Of a stretch of DNA of 64,000 bases, positions 1 through 12,901 are shown one piece after another (the stretch's first letter is position 1; every line of letters starts with the position of its first letter). The DNA lies in the NCBI GenBank assembly GCA_012295275.1, contig CM022674.1:7688001-7752000 (forward strand). Direction: 5' to 3'. The notes under the pieces are model-generated. The model saw nothing but the letters and a program-made list of their open reading frames with translations, did no database searches and was not told the origin of the DNA. This stretch comes from Chrysomallon squamiferum (Eukaryota > Animalia > Mollusca). The position numbers and the translations under genes were made by a program.

Positions 1-69
1 TCGTGCTCAGATACATAAACATATGTACACAGACATCTCTGTTTAAACACGTACACACTCGAATGTATA

Positions 70-252
70 TAGCTGTCTATCTATATATAAACACGTGCAT
101 CTAGCTGTCTATCTATATATAAACACGTGCATCTAGCTGTCTATCTATATATAAACACGTGCATCTAGCTGTCTATCTATATATAAACACGTGCATCTAG
201 CTGTCTATATATATATAAACACGTGCATCTAGCTGTCTATCTATATATAAAC
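70..252. repeat. 32-bp minisatellite (also at 46350-46533)
   Basis: Unit CACGTGCATCTAGCTGTCTATCTATATATAAA, ~5.5 copies. Confidence 0.9.
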
Positions 253-955
253 GTGCTCACGCACACATTCTGATGAACACTACTGTACGAGTACATGATG
301 TGAACATACAAACATACATACAAGCATACATACACAGGCTACCCTGGTTTAAGCCGGGGAAGAAGGGCAGAGATGAACCAGAGAGCGTTTTCAAGAATAT
401 TAACAATTGACGCTCTTGTTAATGTTTTAATCAGTTCATTGTGGTAAAACGTATCACCGACGTACCGTCACAGCAACCTCTTCACGACGTAAATTCGAAG
501 AAAGAATGCAGTGGTATTTTGATACGATTTGTTCTTTTCACGCTAAAAGAAAACTAGTTACAACATATCACGTGTCATTTTTGGCTCGCCAGTTTTGTTT
601 GTATATCAGCGTGTTTTCCTATGTAGCTTCCTTAATTACATATTATATAAACTCGTTAATGCTAGCCGCTTCCATTCTGATTAAAAAACACAAAACTATC
701 TGACTTGCAGAAGAAAAAAGAAAAAAGAGAGACTCATTTTATAATATTTTTTAATTTTTAATTTTATTTAGTCCTTGCGTCAAAAGAACAAATCATTAAA
801 TTTTTTAGAAATGTTTCTTATTTCTACTAACACGTTACACGGGTATCTAAACATTATTTTACTAACACAAACGAACAATTTATTCTTGTTCAAACTTACA
901 GAAATAACTATATATCTGTCCTCTCTATTTTAGTTTGATATTTGAAAATATTAAC

Positions 956-1179
956 CTGAAACCAGGTTGAAATAGTTAAACAGCGAACATCAGGATACAG
1001 CTCGATTTGATGGAAAGTTTTTTCATCTTCATTACCAAAAACGACGGCAACAAGGGCAAAGAACTCTGATTCTTTTATTCTGAGATTCTTTTCCCAGTTT
1101 AATACCAAGATAAATCTCAGAAGGTAACATTTGAAAGCCTTCTTTGTTTCATATCTGTCAAACCACGTTTTGTTAGGAT
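956..1179 (-). pseudogene. Duplicated exon 6 of the PIN nuclease gene, lacking upstream exons 1-5
   Basis: Same translation as 47100-46877 with AG/GT retained; upstream on this strand lies antisense pedal-peptide sequence instead of intron 5. Confidence 0.75.
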
Positions 1180-1631
1180 CTGAAAAAGACTCGTTTGATT
1201 CTATAGATGGTCACAGAGGACTTTCTGGATTCGCTAGGCGTTCATTTGATTCAATCAATGGAAACAGTGGACTCTCAGGATTTGCTAAGCGCCCATTTGA
1301 TTCTATTAACGGGTACAGTGGTTTGTCCGGATTCGCTAGAAGGTCGTTCGATTCCATAAATGGCAACAGCGGTCTTTCCGGATTTGCAAAGAAGTCTTTT
1401 GACTCCATCAACGGTAATAGCGGATTATCCGGATTTGCAAAGAAGTCTTTTGACTCCATCAACGGTAATAGCGGATTATCCGGATTTGCAAAGAAGTCTT
1501 TTGACTCCATCAACGGAAATAGCGGGTTATCCGGATTTGCAAAGAAGTCTTTTGACTCCATCAACGGTAATAGCGGATTATCCGGGTTTGTAAAACGGGA
1601 AGCTGAAGTGGTTGACGGAACCGAGTCGTAG
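1177..1631 (+). CDS. Pedal peptide/orcokinin-type neuropeptide precursor, 3' part (8 peptides such as SFDSINGNSGLSGFA)
   Basis: Eight 15-mers separated by dibasic RR/KR/KK sites, resembling molluscan pedal peptide (Aplysia PLDSVYGTHGMSGFA). Stop TAG at 1629-1631. No ATG or signal peptide in the window (the track ORF starts at TTG). Possible acceptor TTTTGTTAG| at 1176. Confidence 0.85.
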
Positions 1632-1735
1632 ACGAATCAAACAAACTGAATTTTAGATACACAAAGTGGACATTGTTAACTTTTCAAACACAACATGCTT
1701 TATTTAGCTCAGAAAATTATCTTTTTATGGATGGA

Positions 1736-1741
1736 AATAAA
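1736..1741 (+). terminator. Candidate polyadenylation signal AATAAA for the pedal peptide gene
   Basis: First AATAAA, ~105 nt after the stop; another at 1898. The AT-rich background weakens this. Confidence 0.35.
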
Positions 1742-2149
1742 GTAAAAGAAAACCTCTTGAATTCGGTTAAATTGTTCACTTAGTGGTCAGTTTAAGAGAC
1801 ATTTTGCAGTGAACGTGATCAGTGACAGCATTTCAATTTATCTTTAGTTTTGTTTCACGTTAGCTCATGTCATAAGTACAAATATTAATACAGTTTAAAT
1901 AAATATTGAATACGAAATGAAATACATAATACATATTAATACTTATTAAATTATTATTAAATTCATAATGAATGTTATATACATAACAGTATTACATAGC
2001 ATAAACAACTTAACTGATTCTGATGTTTGAAAATTTCATAAAATATTGCACACAAAACGTTTTACTGCGAGCGTCTTCTTTTGTTCTTTATTTACAAATG
2101 TCTGTTGGTTTTATTTTATTTAATTTTTAAAAATGTTTGCCTCTCCATG

Positions 2150-2180
<31 letters not shown>

Positions 2181-3570
2181 ATTTTTTGTATATTAATTAT
2201 AAATTTAGTTTCCTAAAGGTTTTTTTTGTGTCTTGACAATTGATTTTTTAAACCTGACTTTCTGTCTGTTTGTCAGTTGCTTTGCTTTTTTTTAACCTGT
2301 CTAAACCTATGTCTGCAGATCAGATGAATGTCTGTATGTTTGTAAATATGTCTGTCTATATGTCTGTCTATATGAATGTCTGTATATGTTTGTAAATATG
2401 TCCGTCTGTATGTTTGTTTGTAAATATGTCTGTCTGTATGAATGTCTGTATATGTTTGTAAATATGTCTGTCTGTATGAATGTCTGTATATGTTTGTAAA
2501 TATGTCTGTCTATGTCAATATCTGTATGTATGTTTGTAAATATGTCTGTCTGTATGTATGTCTGGAGGTCTGTATTATATATGTATATATATCTGTAAAG
2601 GTGTCTGTCTTTATGAACGCATTATTTGTGCGTATTAATCACTACTAATTACACACTAAATAATCTATTAAAACATGACACCACAGTACTCGTGGTTTTC
2701 AGAACAATACATCGCAATACGCTTTATCATTTGTCGAGACTGGAATCTCAAACAAACGTACTGAAGTTATTTTAATAACACAGCGCTGTTGGCTAATTTT
2801 GTTATATTGTTAACCGAAGGAATAAAATTTAGAAAAAGCGTTTAACAAATTTCGTCATTGTTTGTCAAATAATTTCAATTCATAATATAAATTGCTTATT
2901 TTGTGATATAATAAATTTCACTTCTTTGGGGCCTTAGACAAATTTATAAAAGACACGTTGAATAACAAGAAATGTTTTTTTACAAATTTATGAAGAATGT
3001 TACGCCTACATTTCTTACCAAAGCTACCACCACTTCAGTAACAACAAATTGTGTCGGTCATTCCACTTAAATAAACACTGGTAATGCTGCTGCAGCTGCT
3101 GCTGCTTCTACTACTAATTCTACTACATCTACTATTACTACTACTACAACCACTGTTGCTACCACTCTTACAACTACTGCTGCTATTGCTGCTTTTACTA
3201 GTACTGCTATTGCTACTACTATTACTACTATATTAACCTACTACAGCTACTATTATTATTACTACCACTGTAAGAAAAACGACAACAACAAATACCACTA
3301 CTACTACTTCTACTAGTAATTATAGTAGCTGCAGAAGCAGAAGCAGTATTACAAAACATCAACCAACGACCTAATAAAACTTCTACAACTATTACTATTA
3401 CTAAACGTTAACGTAATAAAACTTAATAACTGTTAAAACTTCAATCATGGATCTAGTAAAACGTAAGCCGACAACCTAGTAAAACTTCAATCAATAACGT
3501 CGTAAAATTTCAACCACTAAAGAACAGCACTGAAAGTTAAAAGGGAACATAAAAGAAACACTAACCAAAT

Positions 3571-3722
<152 letters not shown>

Positions 3723-4775
3723 ATTTGTTACAGGAAATACGCATAATTCCTGAAAATTTCAGAAAATATGTGTAATGTCAGATTCATTCAGCAAACTGTT
3801 AATGTAATGGCTGCAAGTAGATCATCCTCTGACACCAATCGATGGAGAATTTCAGGAAGAAGGTTAGATGATGACAGGCCAAAGCGAGGACCAGAACCTA
3901 ACAGTGCTGCAAATGCGGAACATTTAATTTCTCTTTGAAGGCTGTAGTTCTTCTGAAACTGAACAAATTTTAGTCCAACAGTCCATTTAGCTTTTGCTAT
4001 TATGTCCCAACACACAAACAAACGTGTCCTTCATGTCAAAGTTTGCCCTTTATATATATAACATACACTAACTCATACCAGTAAACCCATACAGACATAC
4101 AGACATGCACACAAACAAATTAAGTGATACTACTGGAAAAAAAGAATGTTTTTAATTTTTGGTAGTAATGCTATTGAAAATCTGTAATTCTTTCTGGTTG
4201 AATGGTAAAGAATAGGACACTTTTCGTGATAATACAACACGGTCACTTTATTCGTGAAGAAGAAGAAATGTCAGAAAGAGGAAATGACTTACTCAAGATT
4301 TTTATTATTTCTGATTAGAAAATGGCGTGACATTTATTTTATAGATTGCTGGACGAATTATTGCAGTGTACTTTTCGTAAATTTAGCAATCAGTAAAAAT
4401 TAAAGGCCACTTTTAATATTATCTGATGGAATTTTAGAAACAACAGCAACAATAACAACAAACCTTTACTAAAACAAACACATTTTTGTTATTCCCAAAA
4501 CAAAAACAAAAAACAAAAAAACCATGTAAAAGTAGATTCCGAGAAACATCAGTTTATTTAAAAAGTTATTTTCTGTTATCAACATGAAGAACGGAACAAG
4601 AACAACAACGACGTCGACAACTATCACAACAACAACAATAATAATATTGACAACAACAAGCATGAAGACAATGATGATAGCAAAATGGTTGTAACAACGA
4701 CAACAACAATAATCGAACCATACCGTATCAGTTCGTCCGGTGGTTGTAACCCAGCTGATATCGATTTCGATAAAT

Positions 4776-4790
4776 ATACTACTACTACTT

Positions 4791-4821
<31 letters not shown>

Positions 4822-5150
4822 TACTACTTCTACTACTACTACTACTACTTCTTCTACTACTACTACTTCTACTACTACTACTACTTCTTCTACTACTACT
4901 ACTACTACTATAACTACTACTACTACTATTACTACTACTACTACTACTACTATTACTACTACTACTAATACTACTACTAATACTAATACTATTACTACTA
5001 CTACTACTATTACTACTACTCCTAATACTAATACTAATACTACTACAACTACTATTACCACTACTACAGCTACTAATACTACTATTACTACTACTACTAC
5101 TATTACTACTACTGCTACTACTACTACTACTGCTAATAATAATAATAATA
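4776..5150. repeat. (ACT)n/(AAT)n microsatellite
   Basis: Direct inspection. Confidence 0.95.
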
Positions 5151-5189
5151 ATATCCTTATGATCATTGCATTACTGTTTGCAGAAGAGT

Positions 5190-7160
5190 AGTGATTAATA
5201 ACAGTAATACACACTAACTGATGTGTGATGATTAATAACAGTAATACACACTAACTGGTCTGTGATGATTAATAACTCTAATACACACTAACTGATTTGT
5301 GATGATTAATAACAGTAATACACACTAACTGATGTGTCATGATTAATAACAGTAATACACAGTAACTGATGTGTCATGATTAATAACAGTAATACACAGT
5401 AACTGATGTGTGATGATTAATAACTCTAATACACACTAACTGATTTGTGATGATTAATAACAGTAATACACACTAACTGATGTGTCATGATTAATAACAG
5501 TAATACACACTAATTGATGTGTCATGATTAATAACAGTAATACACAGTAACTGATGTGTGATGATTAATAACAGTAATACACAGTAACTGATGTGTGATG
5601 GTTAATAAAAGTAATACACACTAACTGATGTGTGATGATTAACAACTCTAATACACACTAACTGGTCTGTGATGATTAATAACAGTAATACACACTAACT
5701 GGTCTGTGATAATTAATAAAAGTAATACTAACTGATTTGTGATGATTAATAACTCTAATACACACTAACTGATTTGTGATGATTAATAACAGTAATACAC
5801 ACTAACTGGTCCGTGATAATTAATAAAAGTAATACTAACTGATGTGTGATGATTAATAACTCTAATACACACTAACTGATGTGTGATGATTAATAACTCT
5901 AATACACACTAACTGGTCTGTGATGATTAATAACTAATACACACTAACTGGTCTGTGATGATTAATAACAGTAATACACACTAACTGATCTGTGATGATT
6001 AATAACAGTAATACACAGTAACTGATGTGTGATGGTTAATAAAAGTAATACACACTAACTGATGTGTGATGATTAACAACTCTAATACACACTAACTGGT
6101 CTGTGATGATTAATAACAGTAATACACACTAACTGGTCTGTGATAATTAATAAAAGTAATACTAACTGATTTGTGATGATTAATAACTCTAATACACACT
6201 AACTGATTTGTGATGATTAATAACAGTAATACACACTAACTGGTCCGTGATAATTAATAAAAGTAATACTAACTGATTTGTGATGATTAATAACTCTAAT
6301 ACACACTAACTGGTAGGTGATGATTAATAACAGTAATACAACTAACTGATGTGTGATGATTACTAACTCTAATACACACTAACTGATGTGTGATGATTAA
6401 TAACTCTAATACACACTAACTGGTCTGTGATGATTAATAACTAATACACACTAACTGGTCTGTGATGATTAATAACAGTAATACACACTAACTGATCTGT
6501 GATGATTAATAACAGTAATACACACTAACAGATGTGTGATGATTAATAACTCTAATACACACTAACTGGTCTGTGATAATTAATAACAGTAATACACACT
6601 AACTGATCTGTGATGATTAATAACTCTAATACACACTAACTGGTCTGTGATGATTAATAACTCTAATACACACTAACTGATCTGTGATGATTAATAACTC
6701 TAATACACACTAACTGGTGTGTGATGATTAATAACAGTAATACACACTAACTGGTCTGTGATGATTAATAACTCTAATACACACTAACTGGTGTGTGATA
6801 ATTAATAACAGTAATACACACTAACTGGTCTGTGATGATTAATAACTCTAATACACACTAACTGGTCTGTGATGATTAATAACAGTAATACACACTAACT
6901 GATCTGTGATGATTAATAACTCTAATACACACTAACTGGTGTGTGATGATTAATAACAGTAATACACACTAACTGGTCTGTGATGATTAATAACAGTAAT
7001 ACAGACTAACTGGTCTGTGATGATTAATAACAGTAATACACACTAACTGGTCTGTGATGATTACTAACTCTAATACACACTAACTGATCTGTGATGATTA
7101 ATAACTCTAATACACACTAACTGGTCTGTGATGATTCAAAATAGCAGTACACACTAACTC
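5190..7160. repeat. 37-bp minisatellite (~53 copies)
   Basis: Unit TGTGATGATTAATAAC(AG/TC)TAATACACACTAACTG(ATG/GTC). Confidence 0.95.
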
Positions 7161-8439
7161 TGAGGCAAGAAGAATACTACGTCACGTAAAAGCTGTTTTA
7201 AGCTTAAACGAAAATAAATAATTAGCTAGAATGAATTATAACGTTACTTGCATCGAATCAACACAGGATCATAGACGTGATTGGAGATTTTATTTCGGAA
7301 ATCGATTTTGTTCTAATTAGTAGAAGAATATTACAACCAGAAATCCTCTACACGAATATACTATATATATATATATATATCACCTTCATATATATTATAA
7401 AATAGTACTTTCATCTTCAGAAGTATTATATGTAGAACTTTTATCTTTAAATATGTCACATAGTATCTTCCTCTTCACATATACCATATCTAATGTTTAA
7501 ATCTTTAAATATATTACATAATTAAATACATCATATATAGTACCTTCATCTTTAAATATCTCATATACAGTACCTTCGCCTTAAATATACCATATCTTGT
7601 GTTTAAATCTTTAAATATATCATATCTATTGTCTATATCTTTAAATATATCATAAGATGTGTCTATGTCCTCAAATACATCACATGTAATATAAAAACTC
7701 CACATTTATCTTTTAATATGACATACGAAGTGCGTACATCATTCATATATATATATATATATATATTCGCACATGTAATATGTTTTTAAAGGCAGGATTC
7801 TACAGATGGTTCTGTTATCTCTCTGTGATTTCTGATATTCAGCCAGCTGAAGAGAAAGAATTGTTTGTTCACTGGTTTGGAAATAATGTCCACATTTCGC
7901 GCAGTTTTCCTAAGGCAAAACGCCTCGTGGTTCGGAACTGTTTCATATTGCGCTTCGTCAAGCAAATTCGTGAACGCTCTCGCTTCCTCTTCAAAGAGAA
8001 CTTGCCAATTACGTTTGTAACCGGAGCTGTTAATGGCATGTCAACTAAGTCCGGAATCGGCAGGTCACTGCCTTAATTTGGAGTCAAATTGCGAAAGAGG
8101 ACATCTATTAGTTGCGACCAAACTAATTAGTCCTGGTCGAGCTCAGATAGGCGGTATTAATTAAAGAGGGACCCTGAGCTCATCTTCTGACCTCTTTTGT
8201 TAAAGTTCAGATGGATGTTAGCACACTGTTGTCATCGATCTCTGTGGTTTACAGAAAGCGGGGACAATATGGTCTAAGCGGCGCGAATTAATCTATGAAG
8301 TGGAGTCAATGAATAGATTGCTATCAAAACAGTCTTCTGCTCCACCTTAACCGTCTCTGTGGTGAACAGGTCATTATTTTTATTATTATTATTGTTGTTG
8401 TTGTTGTTCCTCTGCTCCTTCTTCTTCTTCTTCTTCTTG

Positions 8440-8750
8440 TAATATGTGTTATATTTAATTACAGTGTATTATGTGTTATATTTAATTAGTGTAATACGTG
8501 TGATATTTAATTACAGTGTGATGTGTGTGTTTTAATTACAGTGAAATGTGCTATTTTTAATTACGTGTAATATATGTTACATTTAGTTACAGGTGTAATA
8601 TGTGTTATTTTTAATTACAGTCTAATGTGTTGTTTTTAATGACAGTGTAATATATGTTATTTTTAATTACAGTGTAATGAGTTAGTTTTAATTACAGTGT
8701 AATATATATCATATTTAGTAACAATTTGATGTGTGTTATATTTGATATCA
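8440..8750. repeat. Degenerate ~27-bp tandem repeat
   Basis: Unit ~TGTAATATGTGTTATATTTAATTACAG. Confidence 0.75.
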
Positions 8751-8823
8751 ATGTTTACGTATTACTTTAAATACCATCAAAATATATACAATGTTCTATA
8801 TTTTCAACAATGATTAACATAGT

Positions 8824-8959
<136 letters not shown>

Positions 8960-9743
8960 GGAGGTAGGGTGGTTAAATGAACCTCTAAAATATAACCACT
9001 ACAACGAAGACATCTGTGAGACAACGACAACAGCGGCCACTTCCTACTGCACAGTGAAAACGAACAACGCCAGAGGTGACTGATAATCGATGTATTCTGA
9101 ACAAGAATTGCTTCAAGCATTTCACTTACAGCGATTTGCAATTTTGCCACCAACAATGAGTGTTCAAAAAAACCAACCAAACAACAAGAGTTAAATGACT
9201 GCGCCAAACTGTTGATGATCGACATCGTTACAACTAATAAAGAATTAACCCTTTTCAGCTTGTAACACGAACCGAAGACAAATCGACCGCTGTCTGTGCG
9301 GAATATGTCTGACACACAGACTGAGGGAGGGTTTACAAACAATCCTGATACTTAGGTTTTCACATTCCTACAATGTGCCCACCCCACCGTATGGAAATTG
9401 ATAAAAACGTGTTAGCACAAACCCTGACCGGTTCGATACCTTTACTAAAAAAAAAATAATATTAATAAAAAGATACCTTACCACCTCGAGATGAATATCT
9501 AACGTCTTATAATTTAAAATAAATTTTTAAACAGTCACTTCAAAAAAGTCGCTTAAATGTTGGTCGTTACAGTAAAAAGACAATGCAACAGCGCTGTAGT
9601 CTTTTAATAAGTATACATTTTGTCACACTAAATTATACAGATTTGGTTTTTTTTTTTTTTTTGATAAAAATTTTGAAGATTGGTACTGTTATTTTTTTTT
9701 TATTAAAGTGTGGAAACTTTCTTTTGGTTTTTAGTGCTGTTTT

Positions 9744-9796
<53 letters not shown>

Positions 9797-11660
9797 TTGC
9801 TCTAAATATAAAAAATTTCTCTTGATCTTTAAGAAAATAAGAAATTATTTTATTTCTTTACTGTTGCCAAAAAAGAACCCAACATACTCTAAGTGTAAAA
9901 TTTCTTATTTTGCACACATTTAAGAAAATAAGATTTTTGGTATTTTTGTTTAAAAGCATTCAAAATATTAAGATTTTGTTTTGGACTCTTTTAAGAAACA
10001 CAATTTTTATTTATTGCAATTAAAAAAAATATTTAAAAAATTAAAATCTTTAACTGTTGAAATTATATTTTTGTTGTATTTTTTATTCATACTAAAAACA
10101 ACTCTATGTGTAGAAAATTTCACTTGCTTGTGTTTTTAATTTTTATTTATTATTACTAAGAAATATACTTTATTATTAACTTTAGAAATGTTTGCTTTTT
10201 CCCGATCAGTCCTTTTTAACAAACATTCTCTGTCTTCCATCATCAGTTTGAAATTTTTATGCGTTTTCTTATTTTTGCCTTAGAATTAATTTTTTCTTTT
10301 GTTCTTCTTGCAGCTGAAGTAGAACAATATGAAGTAATATTTTGATAGTTGTTGGAGGTAGTGGTGGTTGTGGTGATGGTGTTATAATTGTTGTTATTAC
10401 TTAACAGAACATTCTGTCTAGAAGCTCTATAATTTAATAAAGAAAAATTTAAAAAAAAAAGTGATAACATAAAATAAATGAATGAATGAATAATAAAAAA
10501 GTAATAAATAATAATTATAATTAAAAAATAATAAAATAAAATAAAGTGTAATAGATGTTTCCAATGTTTTTAAAGAAACTTATATATATAGTATCACTTG
10601 TACTAGAAAGTTGGTTTTATGTTACAATTGCTTTTCATGTTACAACTCATCTATTTTTACCTGTTCTTCCTTTGTTTCTTCAAACTGTTTAATGAAAAAA
10701 AAAAAAAAAAAAAAAAAACATTCTACTTAAAAATATGTATGTACTACAGATTATGTATGTATATTTTATGAATTTACATACACAAACACATATACGAACA
10801 TATCTACATATCTATATAATACTTAAATAATTCCTACATAATACAAATATATTTACATACATACACAGATATACCTATTATTTATAATAAATAATCTGAG
10901 GAAAGGAAATATTTTTTGAATATTCTAAGATAATAAAGATATCAGTCAGCTTACGGTGTGACAGCCAGTGACAGTTCAAGTTCAGCTTTGCTAGATTCAA
11001 ATTTCTTGATATCGTCTGATGCTTGTTGAACATGATTAATACTGTTCACTTGCTGAAGATTTAACTCAGGAGTAGATAACTGTGGACGCTTGTCTTTTTC
11101 CCCCGTACCTCTTACTGTGCTGTCTTACAGCACATGGTAACTTACTATGCTTTATTATTGTCAAATAAAGATGCATTTTATATGACTCGAAAGACATTCA
11201 ATCCTAAATATAAAACAAAAAAAACACAAACAAGTTTGAAGATATCTAAAATATTGACAAAAATATCATATTTCAAAGTTGTCAAAAATCCACACTCCGA
11301 TCGTAGACATCAATATGTTTTTTTTTTTTTTTTTTTTTTAAAGTGAACCTTAAGTCACAAAAACCTTATTTCAAGAGACATCTTTATCAAGTTTGCATGA
11401 TCTATTTAGTAAAGTTTTCTCTTTATAAAGAACTTCATAGCGTTAGTCTTATTGAATTAAATACTATGTTTTTTTGGCCTGTTTCAATCAGTGTATAACG
11501 AACGCGATCATTCTTGAGTAAGAGTTGTTGGTGGTGAATAGATAATTTGCCAATTATTTTCATATTTACTTCTACAGGCGATAAATATAGAGTTGTCTTT
11601 CCTGGCGTGTTATTTTCCATGGATTAGATTTTATCGCTTCACTTCAAATGGTTCTTAAAT

Positions 11661-12183
11661 TAGCATGGACCAACAGGAACGATAACTCGTAATGGCACAA
11701 ATTGCTTCTGCTAAAAAAAAAAAAAAATAAATAAATAAATAAAAAGTCTACAAATTTCTCCAGTTTAATGGGTACAAACTATGCCTGAATATTCTTTTCT
11801 GAGGGGTTCTGACATCGGGAACATTGCCAACTAGAAAAGTGAATTCATTAATCTTATAACAAATTATAATTTCAGTTTATTATGCACGCATTTGCACAAA
11901 AATAGTCGTTTGAAAAGTTCGATTAAGTTGAAAAAGTAGTTAGGAAAAGTATCATACATCATGGTTTGATAATATGAACAATCGTCCTTACCTTTACTAG
12001 TGTAAATAATAAATAATTCTGGAAATGAAAGTAATTTTTTTTTTTTTTTTTCAAATATTATTACGACGTCGTAATAAATAAATAAAATAAAATGAAACAA
12101 AAACAAAAACAAAAACAAAAACAAAATAATTTTCAAGAGACATGACTATTTTCATTAGGTACCATAATGTGCACAGTTCGGAG

Positions 12184-12258
<75 letters not shown>

Positions 12259-12413
12259 ATACATACACATATATATTAATAATATTATTGATTTCCATTT
12301 TTCAATGCATTAGAGGTCATAGTTACATGTAAAAAGCAAATTAATCATGTGTTATATGGATGACTGCCCTGATACATTCATTATAGAGCTTGATACCAGT
12401 TTTAGAACAGAAT

Positions 12414-12451
<38 letters not shown>

Positions 12452-12560
12452 GTCTGTCAAATTGCTTCTGCTGTACAAAACAAAAAGCATTCATCTTCTA
12501 AAACCTCTACTATTAAGTATCCAACAATCAGTTACAATGGACAATCATTGGACCATGTTA
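11661..12560. mobile_element. Putative non-autonomous TIR element with a relative in MIB-PARP intron 1
   Basis: Left end TAGCATGGACCAA is the exact reverse complement of TTGGTCCATGCTA at 30217-30229 and has 2 mismatches to 12548-12560. 12065-12560 resembles 29720-30230. Confidence 0.5.
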
Positions 12561-12616
12561 CTTAAATAAATACCGAGGTTATTTGTCAAACACCTTTTAG
12601 AATGTTCCATTTAAAT

Positions 12617-12901
12617 CATAGGTTTTCAATCTGGGGGTCGCCAGCCTTTTTTCTGGGGTTCGCGAGATCGTCCTTGAGCGAGGGGGTGTTTTAGTTTTTT
12701 TCAACTTGACTTGGAAGGAGGAACAAGTAAAAACATATAGATTGGTTTGGGACCCGTTATGGTGAATATAGATTCATTTTGTACTGTCTTTGGTTGATGA
12801 AAATATGGTAACCCTAGATATTATTGAATCAAAAAATTTAAAGGAGGTCATATTGAATTGCTCATAAGGGGTCGCGGTATAAAAAAGGTTGAAAACCAGT
12901 G
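12617..12901. mobile_element. hAT (Charlie-like) MITE
   Basis: TIRs CATAGGTTTTCAATCT / AGGTTGAAAACCAGTG with a perfect 8-bp TSD ATTTAAAT (12609-12616, 12902-12909). Confidence 0.8.

Larger units (their letters stand above)
1..1187. repeat. Segmental duplicate of PIN-gene intron 6/exon 6 region (46282-47108)
   Basis: 1-488 = 46282-46769 and ~853-1187 = ~46774-47108 with only a few substitutions; ~365 bp (489-852) are present only here. Includes the exon-6 copy at 1179-956 (-). Confidence 0.9.

Noticed and set aside
1131-1176. N-terminal 'signal peptide' of the neuropeptide ORF
   Set aside because: Starts at TTG and is the antisense of the duplicated PIN exon 6.
1211-1593. Antisense and shifted-frame repeat ORFs over the pedal peptide
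   Set aside because: Shadows of the 51-bp coding repeat.
4624-5214. Thr-rich mucin-like and poly-Val ORFs
   Set aside because: Translations of an (ACT)n microsatellite.
5190-7160. CRISPR-like array
   Set aside because: Head-to-tail units with no unique spacers; eukaryotic context; no cas genes.
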